A stretch of DNA of 64,000 nucleotides from Octopus bimaculoides (taxonomy: Eukaryota): the NCBI RefSeq assembly GCF_001194135.2, contig NC_069000.1, positions 15,032,737 through 15,096,736 on the forward strand, read 5' to 3'. This document shows positions 26,481 through 38,925 of this stretch, one piece after another. The first letter of the stretch is position 1. Every line of letters begins with the position of its first letter. Under the pieces are notes generated by a model. It was given only the letters and a program-made list of their open reading frames with translations, did no database searches and was not told where the DNA came from. The translations under genes and the position numbers were made by a program.

Positions 26481-26830
26481 CATCATCACCATCATCATCG
26501 TTTAACATCCACTTTCCATGCTAGCATGGGTTGGATGATGTGACTGAGGACTGGTGATCCAGATGGCTACACCAGGCTCCAATCTGATTTGGCAGAGTTT
26601 CTGCAGCTGGATGCCCTTCCTAACGCCAACCACTCCGAGAGTGTAGTGGGTGCTTTTACGTGCCACCAGCACGAGGGCCAGTCACACGGTACTGGCAACG
26701 GCCACGCTCAAAATGGTGTTTTTTACATGCCACCTGCACAGGGGCCAGTCCAGCGGCACTGGCAACGACCTTGCTCGAATGATTTTCTAACGTGCCACCG
26801 GCACAAGTGCCAGTAAGGCGACGGTGTGTG
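26481..26830 (-). mobile_element. Retroposon family E ((GAT)n tail, internal 25-30 bp repeats)
   Basis: On +: (CAT)n CGTTTAACATCCACTTTCCATGCTAGCATGGGTTGG...GGATGCCCTTCCTAACGCCAACC; other copies at about 8080-8275, 10800-11065, 12110-12460, 16428-16690, 35130-35245, 43950-44105, 54380-54600. Confidence 0.82.
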
Positions 26831-28491
26831 AAAGCTTCTTTCAGTTTCTGTCTGCTAAATCCACTTAGAAGGCTTTGGTTGAGCCAGGGCTGAAGCAGAA
26901 GACTCTTGCCCAAAGTACCATGCAGTGGGGCTGAATTTGAAACCATGTGGTTACCAAGTGAACTTCTTACGTCACAGTTCTGTCGACACCTATTAATAAA
27001 TTTTTAAGGTTTCCTGCAAATGAAACTCTCCCCCACCACCTACTTATGATGTCAAAAACCACCAAAGCCATTGAGGGAACTACTACATGATTGCTCAGCT
27101 TGCTAGAAGTAGCAACAAAATTACCCACTTTTTACCCTCTGCTGTTTTATGAAAAAACAGTCACTTCGGATCATGTGGTCTTAGATGCACTAAGTCCAGG
27201 GGAATAAAATCCTTAACCCTCTAGTATTTAAACTAACCATATTTGGCGGCCTTCGTGGTAGTTGGAGGAGGCATATTTTTCAGTTACATCAAAAGACGTC
27301 CTTGCCCCAACAAAATTCAGAAACCACCCCGACCCTCTATGTCATTTGTAGAAAATACATGCAAGTCATTGAATTACAATAAATAAATATATAAAATAAA
27401 TAAATAAATAAATGCTGTCTGCTTCGTCCATGCCAACTGCGATTAGCCCCCCCTCTCCACCCCACCCCNNNNNNNNNNNNNNNNNNNNNNNNNNNNNNNN
27501 NNNNNNNNNNNNNNNNNNNNNNNNNNNNNNNNNNNNNNNNNNNNNNNNNNNNNNNNNNNNNNNNNNNNNNNNNNNNNNNNNNNNNNNNNNNNNNNNNNNN
27601 NNNNNNNNNNNNNNNNNNNNNNNNNNNNNNNNNNNNNNNNNNNNNNNNNNNNNNNNNNNNNNNNNNNNNNNNNNNNNNNNNNNNNNNNNNNNNNNNNNNN
27701 NNNNNNNNNNNNNNNNNNNNNNNNNNNNNNNNNNNNNNNNNNNNNNNNNNNNNNNNNNNNNNNNNNNNNNNNNNNNNNNNNNNNNNNNNNNNNNNNNNNN
27801 NNNNNNNNNNNNNNNNNNNNNNNNNNNNNNNNNNNNNNNNNNNNNNNNNNNNNNNNNNNNNNNNNNNNNNNNNNNNNNNNNNNNNNNNNNNNNNNNNNNN
27901 NNNNNNNNNNNNNNNNNNNNNNNNNNNNNNNNNNNNNNNNNNNNNNNNNNNNNNNNNNNNNNNNNNNNNNNNNNNNNNNNNNNNNNNNNNNNNNNNNNNN
28001 NNNNNNNNNNNNNNNNNNNNNNNNNNNNNNNNNNNNNNNNNNNNNNNNNNNNNNNNNNNNNNNNNNNNNNNNNNNNNNNNNNNNNNNNNNNNNNNNNNNN
28101 NNNNNNNNNNNNNNNNNNNNNNNNNNNNNNNNNNNNNNNNNNNNNNNNNNNNNNNNNNNNNNNNNNNNNNNNNNNNNNNNNNNNNNNNNNNNNNNNNNNN
28201 NNNNNNNNNNNNNNNNNNNNNNNNACTGACAAATGCATTGAAAGATTTTTGAAATTGGCCTTGCAGTTTAATGAAAGACTAATGAAATGCTCAGTGTTCC
28301 TGCGAGGTAAAACACTTTGGATGTGGATAGGTGCAGGCTTGGCTGTGTGGTAAAAAGTTTACTTCTCAATCACATGGTTTCTGGTTCCGCCTCATTGTGT
28401 GGCACCTTGGGCAAGTGTTTTCTACTATAGCTTTAGGCCAACCAAAGCCTTGTGAGTGGATTTAGTAGATGGAAACTGAAAGAAACCTGTT

Positions 28492-28531
<40 letters not shown>

Positions 28532-28997
28532 TTGGGTGTGTTTGTGTCTCCTCTTCTTGACATTGCCTGATAGTTATAAATGATTTTCACTGTCATACAA
28601 GCAGTTTTCAATATTCTGTGAGAACATGTCTGTCCATAGGAAAAAATGTTATCTTGTGTGGATTCAATAACTATCTCATCATCATCATCTATCAATAGAA
28701 ATTCTATCTAGCAATAGAAATTCCAAGTTGGTGTCTGGTGTGCTGGAAGACCACTGCGAATGAGGTACCACTTAGTTTTTGTTAAAGCATGCCTCTAGAA
28801 CCCCATCCTTTGAACCCCGACTACATCTGCTCCAATAATCGATGGTGATTTGGTGAGAGAGTCTTCTGTGACGGTTGACAACTGACGGCGAGATGCGTTG
28901 CTACAGATCACACTATCCCAAAATTGAGCCTTGCAGGAATTGAACTCAGAACTTAAAGAACCAGAGGAAATATACCACTAAGCAAAGTAATATTTGA

Positions 28998-29126
<129 letters not shown>

Positions 29127-29648
29127 TGATCTCCATCTTATTTTTTATATTTGTTATTTGTCCATTTTATTTGAATTTACTACTGACAAGTTCATTATGT
29201 AGTTGGATTATTTAGTGGAAGAAGTGAGGGTTTGAATCTTGTCACTGAAACTGAGTTTGGTCTATGGAGAGAAACTGTTAAACCCGGACCTGAACGGTTC
29301 CTTCTTACAAGAAGATTAATTTTCATTGTAAATAGATGTAGGCCATGCCTATAGGTGCAGGCGTGGTTGTGTGGTAAGAAGCTTGTTGGTCGGTGGGCTC
29401 TGACATCCCTCTCATCTTTTTCATCTTATCATCATTTCATTCATCTCATTTTGCTTTTGGTCCAGCCCACAAGCTTCTATCTTTGTACTGCCCTTGTGGC
29501 AAATTTTATGAAATAAAGAAGCTTGCTTCCCAACCATGAAGTTCCAGATTCAGTCCTACTGCATGGCACTTTGGGCAAGTGACTTCTACTATAACCTTGG
29601 TCTGACCAAAGCCTTGTGAGTGGATTTGGTAGACTGAAAGAAGCCTGT

Positions 29649-29697
<49 letters not shown>

Positions 29698-30244
29698 TTA
29701 TTTAGATGTGTGTGTGTGTTTGTCTACGTAACGACTAATATCGGTGTGTTTATATCCTCATAACTTTCCAGTTTAGCAAAAGAGACTGGTGGATTAAGTA
29801 CCAGGCTTAAAAAAAAAATAAATGCTGGGGTCGATTCAGTTGACTAAAAATTCCTCAAGGAGGTGCCCAGCATGGCTGCAGTCTAATGACTAAAACAAAT
29901 AAAAGACCAAAGATAAAAGATGCTTTCAGAAGACCAAGATATATCTCTAGCCTCTTAAAAAGAAAACACTCGGGCTACAGCTACTTCATCTGTAAACAGC
30001 AGGAGCACTATGTAATTGCTAAATGTTTTGGTAGCTGATGAGTGCAGAGCTCAACCAGGTTGATTTTCTCTAGATGCAAGGTGTGTTCATTAAAGATTTC
30101 CTCTGACCCACTTCTGGTTATTGCAGAAAATGGAACTTGTACAGGTATAATCATACATGTCTCTACATGTCATGTTGTAAATTGCAGCTTTCCACTAGTA
30201 TTCATTTGTCTTTTACGGCTGCTGAAGTGGACTAAGGTGTTACA

Positions 30245-30495
30245 ATGGAGGCAGTTGAATGCAGATCAGTGATCAGGTTCTTATGCTTGAAAGGCTGGAC
30301 ACCAAAAGAGACTTTCAAAGAGATAAAAGAAGTTTATGGTGACGATGCACCATCATATGATGCGGTCAAGCACTGGCATCGCCAATTCAAATGTCCTCAG
30401 ACATTGGTAGAAACTTCTCCTATTCCTGGATGACCACATTCCACCATTGACGACGACACCATCCATAAAGTGGAAGCTGTCATTTTAGAGGATTG
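30245..30495 (+). mobile_element. Mariner transposase N-terminal (HTH) remnant
   Basis: MEAVECRSVIRFLCLKGWTPKETFKEIKEVYGDDAPSYDAVKHWHRQFK...PG*P, typical mariner HTH; truncated by a SINE. Confidence 0.8.
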
Positions 30496-32308
30496 CCACA
30501 AAGGCACACACATATATAATAAGTTTCCACACAGTTTCCATCTGCCAAGTTTACTGTTGAGGCATTGATTGACCTGGGGCAATAGTAGAAGATGCCCAAG
30601 TTGTCATGCAGTTAGACTGAACCTGAAACCACATGGCTGAGAGGTTAATTTCTTAACCATACAGCCATGCCTACACCTAGCAATGCCTTTTGTCTTTGAA
30701 TGCCTTTAGTGGACTCCACACAATTGCAATCCTCCCTTCTCTTTTACCAGTCTTGGAGGCATTGAAAAAAAGGTTATGATCTCTGTAGTTCTTCTTTTGA
30801 TTAAGTCAATTGAAAAAATAAATATATAAATAAGCAAAAATAAAACCCCAAAAAATTTGTAGGAACTCGACATTGTTTATTGACAAATTTATTCATATCT
30901 AAATTTATATTTTTGTTTTGAAATTCTATTGTTGGTGATTCATCAACTGAAATTCTATTCACAACCCATTTTAGCATTTAAAATTAAACAAAAAACAAAA
31001 GAAATGATTTGAAATGATTGCTGATGATAATTGCAGTGGTGAATAATTATGATGATAGTAATGATTATGGTGATGGTGATGTTAATGCTGATGGAATTCC
31101 AGACATCTATAATTGATTTTTAATTTGTTCCCATAATAAACGTGAAGAGTGGCCATTAGCAGAGTTGGTAGTGAGCTGTGTGAATATTTTTGTTAACATT
31201 CTAAAAATTAAAAAAAAAAAAGACAAGCAAAATTATGGTAAAATTATATGATACAGAACAATTTATTACATAATGCATCTATTTCTACATTTTGACAATG
31301 GTTTAAGTTCGTGTGGATTAGTTTGGCGCTTAAGAGTCGGTCGGTCGGTTGGTCGGTTGGTTCTTTATGATGATGATGGTGGTGGTGATGTTGATAATGG
31401 TGGGAAGTTACATTGTTTAAAAGCTATTTCATGTCTGATGGAGTTTGACATTTCCATTCTTCAAAGGTCAACATAAAAATTAACACACGGTCAAAAAAAA
31501 AAAAAAGAAAGAAAAATAGGAAAAAAAACGTGGTAGGGAGAGATTTTTTTTAATATCAGATGCAAACAATTTAGTGAAAAAAATTCCTCAAATTGAGGTT
31601 TTTAATTTTATAGGGGAGAAGGCTAACTAAAAGGTGTTGGTAATAACAATAACGATAATGCCAGAACAAGATGTAATATCATAAAAAAAACCATGCATGT
31701 CTGTAACTGCTAAAAGTGACAAACTGGATAGGGTGAATGTAGCCAAGAACAAAGAAATGCAGTTGACTTCTACAAGACATTAAAAGACATTCTAAAATGT
31801 CAGTTTTGATAATTAAAAGAAACTTGGCACTGGTTCCAGACCAGAAATTTGGGTTTGTGAGGGAATTAGTTCAGTTCATGGGATTGATGTAAGCTTCTAA
31901 ATAATTGTTTCAAATTTTGGCACAAGGCCAGCAATTTGGTGGGAAGTGGGGGAAAGTCAATAAATACTACTGGCTCCAGTATTTTATTTGTACTTTATTT
32001 TATCAACCCTGGAGGAATACAAGACAAAGTTGACTTCTACAGGAATTGAACTTAGATTCTAAAGTGCTGAAAGAGATGCTTATAAGTATTTTTTCCAACG
32101 TGCTAACAACTCATTTTTGCCAGCTGAGTGGACTGGAGCAATGTAAAATAAAGTATCTTGCTCAAGCACACAACATATCCCTGGGAATTGAACTTGTGAC
32201 CTTGAAATTGTGAGCTGACTGCCCTAACCACTAAGCTATGCACCTTCACTCTTTCTTAATAGACAACACATAAACATTTTGTTTGTAGATTCTTTCTGTT
32301 TGTTTCAG

Positions 32309-32821
32309 ACTGTGTGGTAAGTAGCTTGCTTACCAACCACATGGTTCTGGGTTCAGTCCCACTGCGTGGCACCTTGGGCAAGTGTCTTCTACTATAGCCT
32401 CGGGCTAACCAAAGCCTTGTGAGTGGATTTGGTAGATGGAAACTGAAAGAAGCCCGTCGTATATATATATATATATCATCATCATCATCATCATCGTTTA
32501 ATGTCCGCCCTCCATGCTAGCATGGGTTGGACGATTTGACTGAGGACTGGTGAAACCGGATGGCAACATCAGGCTCCATATATATATATGTGTATGTATG
32601 TGTGTGTGTGTTTCTGTGTCTGTGTTTGTCCCCCCACCATCGCTTGACAACCGATGGTGGTGTGTTCACGTCCCCGTAACTTAGCGGTTCGGCAAAAAGA
32701 GACCAATAGAATAAGTACTAGGCTTCCAAAGAATAAGTCCTGGGGTCGATTTGCTCGACTAAAGGCGGTGCTCCAGCATGGCCGCAGTCAAATGACTGAA
32801 ACAAGTAAAAGAGTAAAAGAG
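32309..32821 (+). mobile_element. SINE family A copy carrying a nested family E fragment; ends 27 nt before exon 3 acceptor
   Basis: Family A head and tail with a family E piece at 32476-32577 inside the (TA)n centre. Confidence 0.88.
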
Positions 32822-32848
32822 TTTCTACCCACTCCTTTTAAATTCCAG

Positions 32849-32976
32849 GAATCACCCAAGAAGAAATTGATGAAACCAGAGATGCCAAAGAGAGAAAAAT
32901 GTATAACGATTTGGTGGAATATGTAAAGCAAGGCAAGAATCTGCAGGATATTAGGGATCACAATGGTGTCACTCCA
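32849..32976 (+). CDS. PPP1R16A: PPP1R16A/B-like coding exon 3 (visible)
   Basis: aattccag|GA ATC...CCA|gtaagt; 128 nt; (G)ITQEEIDETRDAKERKMYNDLVEYVKQGKNLQDIRDHNGVTP, in frame with flanking exons. Confidence 0.92.
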
Positions 32977-33330
32977 GTAAGTAAAATATATTCTTGTATT
33001 CTTTGATTGGCTCCTGTTATAATCTTTTCTACTCTAGGCACAAGATCAGAAATTTTTGGCCAGTCGATTAGAATGACCCCAGTATGCAACTGGTACTTAA
33101 TTTATCGACCCCCAAAAGGATGAAAGGCAAAATCGACCTTGGTGGAATTTGAACTCAGAATGTAAAGAGGGACGAAATACAGCCAAGCATTTTGCCTGGC
33201 ATGCTAATGTTTTTTATTTCTTTATATATATATATATATATAATGATGACGGCAGCTATACGTAATATAAAACCAAAACAATAGCAAATGTATTTCAGCA
33301 AGAATATCATAATGAAAAGGTTAAGATATA

Positions 33331-34209
33331 GGCGCAGGAGTGGCTGTGTGGTAAGTAGCTTGCTTACCAACCACATGGTTTTAGGTTCAGTCCCACNNNN
33401 NNNNNNNNNNNNNNNNNNNNNNNNNNNNNNNNNNNNNNNNNNNNNNNNNNNNNNNNNNNNNNNNNNNNNNNNNNNNNNNNNNNNNNNNNNNNNNNNNNNN
33501 NNNNNNNNNNNNNNNNNNNNNNNNNNNNNNNNNNNNNNNNNNNNNNNNNNNNNNNNNNNNNNNNNNNNNNNNNNNNNNNNNNNNNNNNNNNNNNNNNNNN
33601 NNNNNNNNNNNNNNNNNNNNNNNNNNNNNNNNNNNNNNNNNNNNNNNNNNNNNNNNNNNNNNNNNNNNNNNNNNNNNNNNNNNNNNNNNNNNNNNNNNNN
33701 NNNNNNNNNNNNNNNNNNNNNNNNNNNNNNNNNNNNNNNNNNNNNNNNNNNNNNNNNNNNNNNNNNNNNNNNNNNNNNNNNNNNNNNNNNNNNNNNNNNN
33801 NNNNNNNNNNNNNNNNNNNNNNNNNNNNNNNNNGCCTGGTGTTGCCATCCGGTTTCACCAGTCCTCAGTCAAATCGTCCAACCCATGCTAGCATGGAAAG
33901 CGGACGTTAAACGATGATGATGATGATGATGATATATATGTATGTATGTGTGTGTATATGTTTGTGTGTCTGTGTTTGTTCCCCCACTATCGCTTGACAA
34001 TTGATGGTGGTGTGTTTGCGTCCCTGTAACTTAGCGGTTCGGCAAAAGAGACCGATAGAATAAGTACTAGGCTTACAAAGAATAAGTCCTGGGGTCGATT
34101 TGCTCGANNNNNNNNNNAGAATAAGTCCTGGGGTCGATTTGCTCGACTAAAGGCGGTGCTCCAGCATGGTTGCAGTCAAATGACTGAAACAAGTAAAAGA
34201 GTAAAAGAG
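33331..34209 (+). mobile_element. SINE family A copy with nested family E element in the opposite orientation (partly in gap)
   Basis: Head at 33331, N gap, family E 3' end at 33834-33933, family A tail to 34209. Confidence 0.85.
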
Positions 34210-34337
34210 TATATATTTTTTCAACAACAGGGGTTGTATTTTTGCTTATCTTCTCATGAGAAAAGTCATTTAAAAAACAAACACTGTACATCATAAATTG
34301 AACATTTCCCCCTCACCTACATTTGATTTTCTTTCAG

Positions 34338-34463
34338 CTCCACATAGCAGCAGCCAATGGCTACTTAGAAGTTGCTAAATATTTACTCGACCACAAGGTA
34401 CCTGTGAATTCCCGTGATGATGAATCCTGGGAACCTATACATGCTGCTGCTTGTTGGCAAGAG
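34338..34463 (+). CDS. PPP1R16A: PPP1R16A/B-like coding exon 4 (ankyrin repeat)
   Basis: ctttcag|CTC...GAG|gtaatc; 126 nt; LHIAAANGYLEVAKYLLDHKVPVNSRDDESWEPIHAAACWQE. Confidence 0.94.
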
Positions 34464-35515
34464 GTAATCATTTTTATATTTCATTTTTTTTAATATTTTT
34501 ATTTTTGTTTCACTTATGAATGAATGGATGGGTTTATTTATGAATGGTTGGATGGTGGAGATGTGTGGCTTACTGGTAAGGGTGTTGGACTCCTGATCAT
34601 AACATTGTGGTTTCAATTCCTGTATCAAGCGGTGCATTGTATTCTTGGGCAAAACACTTCATTTCATAATGCTTCAGTCCACTCAACTGGCAGAAATGAG
34701 TATTCTTGTTATGATCTAGCATCTCATCCAGGGGGAGTGGATAAACTGCAAAAGCAGGGAAACCGGCCCTATGAGTTTATATGATTCAAGGAGCTTAACC
34801 CTTTTGTTTTTATGGATGGATGAATGAATGAAACATGGGTAAGTGCTTAAATAGTTCACTTTATACTCACAAGAACCTTATTTTGGACAAAGTGTCTTTT
34901 ACTACAGCCTTGGGTTACTCCAAGACTCTGTGTGAAAATGGGTTGAGAGAAACTTTCTAGGGATTGAACCTCTAATTCAAAGGTTCAGCTTTGTCAGGTA
35001 TTGTGTCATGGTTATTCAACCTAGGAATTATGTAAAGGGAAAAATGAGTATTTAAAAAAAAAATGCCTTTTGTGTGCAGAATTTAAGCAAGCTGCTCAAA
35101 AACGCACCACCAGTGTAGTGACTGGGAAAAGTCTGGTCTGCAGTTTGGCATTAGGAAGGGCATCCAGCCATAGAAACCTTGCGAGCTCTGGTCAAACTGT
35201 CCAACTCATGCCAGCATAGACAATGGGTGTTAAATGATGATGATGATATATGCGGATGAATGTGTCTATCAAGAGTGGACTCCTTAGTCACTAGTGGAGT
35301 CCCAAAGGTATAGCGTAAACTTGTCTGCGTGCACAATGTTCTTAATGGTCAGTGATGGTCTTCCTTGGTCACAAGTGGACAGCCATCTTTTAGACATATA
35401 TCTATTTGTATAAAATTATTAATTATAAGTTATTTATTTTATTATGTTAGCTTGTATGTGTTTGAAACTCATCATTGGTATTGAATGTTTCTCTGCCTTT
35501 ATCTATTTTCTTTAG

Positions 35516-35591
35516 TCTTTGATGCTGGATCTTTTGGTAGAATACGGCGCTGATATAGATTCAAAAACCAAGAAAAATGATACTCCATTTG
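35516..35591 (+). CDS. PPP1R16A: PPP1R16A/B-like coding exon 5 (ankyrin repeat)
   Basis: tttag|TCT...TTT G|gtaaac; 76 nt; SLMLDLLVEYGADIDSKTKKNDTPF. Confidence 0.9.
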
Positions 35592-36601
35592 GTAAACTTA
35601 AATTTTTGAATGTATTTGTTGTTGTTGTTGTTCCTCTCCTCCTCCTTTGTGTTCCTCTGTAAGAAAACCAACCACATCAGAATATTCCACTCCAATTGTG
35701 TTGTTAAGAAGTAGTTAAGAAGCTTCGGCACTATAGCAACCAGTTCAACCAAAGCCTTGTGAGTGAATTGGTTAGTCAGGAACTGATGCATCTAATTTAT
35801 GAGCGTTTGTTGAAATGTCTGTCAGGAGATAAATCTACTAATGATTTTTCAGATGATGTAAAACTTGCCACCATTATGTACTAAAAAGATATTTTAACTA
35901 TTTTTTGTTTTTATGTGTGCATGGTAGTCCCATTTTCATAAAATGTGCTCAGCAGTCCATGCTCTGTAAGTGCAAATCCCAGCGCTCTATAGGTTAATTT
36001 ATTGACCCCCGAAAGGATGAAAAGCAAAGTCAGCCTCGTTGGAATTTGAACTCAGAACATAGCAATGGGCAAAATACCGCTAAGCATTTCATCCAGCGTG
36101 CTAACGATTCTACCAGCTTGCCGCCTTATGGACATTAAATAATTCTTTCTCTTGTAGGCACAAGGCCTGAAATTTGGGGGAAGGGATTAAGTCGATTACA
36201 TCAATCCCATTGCATAACTGATACTGGCTTAATCAACCCTGAAAGGATGAAAGGCAAAGTTGACTTTGGCAGAATTTGAACTCAGAACGTAGTGACAGAT
36301 GAAATACCATTAAGTATTTTGCCCGGCATGATGGACATTAGATAATATGTGTTTATATGTGTATGTATGTGTATACGACAACTATAGTAGAAGACAGTTG
36401 TCCAAAGTGCTGCATAGTGGGATTGAACCCAAGACCATATGGTTGGGAAACAAACTTCTTAACCACACAGCCATACCTATACCTGTATACCTTATATGTT
36501 ATTAAATTGATCTTTGATAATGTAGTTGGTGTTTTGTATCATTTCAATCTAATAATTATATCCCTTACCTCTTCTTTTCCTTTTTTTAAACTCTTTCATA
36601 G

Positions 36602-36719
36602 ACATCTGTGATGATCCTGATATCAAACAAAAAATTCTTGATATGAAAGACGAGCAAGAAAATCAGAAAAGAAGGTCTTCGGGATCCGTACGTAAGACTA
36701 GCCGACCAAATAACCGTAG
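36602..36719 (+). CDS. PPP1R16A: PPP1R16A/B-like coding exon 6
   Basis: ctttcatag|AC ATC...CGT AG|gtaagt; 118 nt; (D)ICDDPDIKQKILDMKDEQENQKRRSSGSVRKTSRPNNR. Confidence 0.9.
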
Positions 36720-37556
36720 GTAAGTAATTATTAAAAGAGGTTAACATGGATATTTTGCATATTGATAGAATAAACGGAGCTGGTTAGTGGTCAGTTTTAT
36801 CAACTACTCTCATTTTTACATCATCACATTAACGAGATACTTTTGTTTTCAGCAGTCATCCATAAAGTTCTGTGTATTTCATTCACCCCTTACACATGGA
36901 TTTAGTACTGACTGACAGTCTGTGCTGTGTACTAGCATTAAGCTGTTCAGTAACTACACAGTTTTTCATACGAGGAATTTTACAAAGTGTTTATAGATTC
37001 TTCTCAGTGTGGTATATTTGAAAACATGGTGCCGCACAGAAGGAGACATTCCATTGCTCACACACACGGGGTTTCGATGTGGTCAGTACTGCTTCCTGTT
37101 TGCAAGGAGTTAAATTTAACCCTTTAACATTCAGATTACTGTGTCAAATGTAGATTGACAATCTGTTGGTTTTGACAGCGAGGGTTCCAGTTGATCCGAT
37201 CAACGGAACAACTTGCTCATGAGATTCATGTGCAAGTGGCTGAGCATTCCACAGACAAGCCTACCCTTAACATAGTTCTCAGAGAGATTCAGCGTGACAC
37301 AGAATATGACAAAGTTGGCTCTTTGAATTACAAGTACTGCTCATTTTTGCCAGCTGAGTGGACCGGAGCAAGGTGAAATAAAGTGACTTGCTCAAGGACA
37401 CAGCACACTGCCAGGAACTGAACTCATGGTCTTATGATCGTAAGCCGAATACCCTGATCACTAAGCCATGTTTGTTTATTTTTAGAATGACATTGTAGGA
37501 TAGGTGTGAGAAGCTTGATCTGGTTAGCTGGAACATAAAACAGGTAGAATATTCAG

Positions 37557-37829
37557 GCTGGATGGATTCGGATGAAACTTTCAGGGATGTTTGGCTTCCT
37601 GACTGGCATGAACTGATTAGATTTTGGAATCCATCTGGTACCGGACAAGGGTTCTGGATTATTTTTACTCAATTTTTAAGAGTGGTTAGGTTCATTCTTA
37701 GTATTCTCCTTTGTGAGAACAGTCGAGTTTATTTCAGATAATCTCATTTTAAAAATCATCTCCGGCTAATCGTTGAGAGGACGTTGGTGTTGCTTTGGCA
37801 GAGGTTTGCGCTCTCTGAGTGCTCTTGTT
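37557..37829 (+). mobile_element. Helentron-type non-autonomous element (HINE/DINE-1-like), 5' truncated
   Basis: GCTGGATGGATTCGGATGAAACTTTCAGGG body and 3' end GGCAGAGGTTTGCGCTCTCTGAGTGCTCTTGTT resemble recalled HINE ends. Confidence 0.55.
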
Positions 37830-38089
37830 ATTATTATTACCATTAAGGCAGTGAGCTGGCAGAATCAGTGGCATACTGAGACATAATGCTTAGCATCATT
37901 TTGTCGATCTGCACGTTCTGAGTTCAAATTCCGCTGAGGTTGACTTTGCCTTTCATCTTTGCAGGGTTGATGAAATACATACTGGTTACGCACTGGGATT
38001 GATGTAAACAACTAGTCCCCTCCCCCAAAGTTTCAGGTCATTTGCCTTTAAAAGAAAGGGTTATTATTATTATTATTATTATTATTATT

Positions 38090-38261
38090 GAGTGAGAGAG
38101 CAGTGCATGCCATCAAAGTGATACTGGGGTAAAATATACAAAGCCCATTATACCCATCATGACTACCCGTCTGATAAGGGTACACCAGGCACATGCATCA
38201 CAACCATATGTGCGCGACATGGTGATCTCATATCAAGATAAACAGTGCATGACCTCGCAGG

Positions 38262-38263
<2 letters not shown>
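38090..38263 (-). mobile_element. 3' fragment of a non-LTR element embedded in a (TAA)n microsatellite
   Basis: Ends CTGCTCTCTCACTC(AAT)n on the - strand with TAA repeats on both sides; second copy on + at 18166-18311. Confidence 0.7.
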
Positions 38264-38298
<35 letters not shown>

Positions 38299-38925
38299 AA
38301 TAGTAGAAATTTAAATTAGAAGCTCTGTGGCAGTTTCTGTTTTAGTACTTCAGTGTTAAATGAATATAAATCACAGAGGCATGCTTGCCACTAAAATACC
38401 AGTGATATATTGAGGTTGACTGCTGATTCAGTTGACTTTACTCCTTCCTTATGCATTCACAAATTTACCATCTTGCATATTAATAGAAATCATTTTCTTT
38501 ATTGATGTTTAAATGTTTCAGAGAAGTTGTTGTTGTTGTTGAGATTATAAATTTTTTTAATATTTACATCTACATTATATTTAACCTGTCGTCTGGTTTT
38601 AACAGTATGAAACCCGTCTTGCTCAGGTACATCTAACTAAGTTTACTCTGGCTACATACATTGGGGCCAGCCTGATGATAACTTTCTCCCACCCTTTTTA
38701 CCCAGTCTTGGAGACCCTAAAAAGAATCTTGAGAATTTCTCTTGTTTTTTTTAACTAACCCACTAAAAATAAAACATAAACCATGAAAGAAAAACAAAGA
38801 TGTGGATGTAAATATTCTAATTTCATCCTTATATATCTGTTATATAATATACATGGATGATATTAATTCTGTATATACCTTTGACTATGTATACCTCTAC
38901 TCTCTGTGTCCGTTTCTATCTGTAT

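Noticed and set aside
28730-28930. GC-richer unique segment just upstream of PPP1R16 exon 2, with a faint FWDSVICS similarity to a Tc1 motif on the minus strand
   Set aside because: No consistent splice pair or convincing protein motif; left unassigned.
32546-32570. CTGAGGA-CTGGT-GAAA in family E looks like a hammerhead core
   Set aside because: The 5 nt between the core halves cannot form stem II, no NUH follows a palindromic helix III, and other family E copies (10850, 16460, 26540) do not keep the motif.
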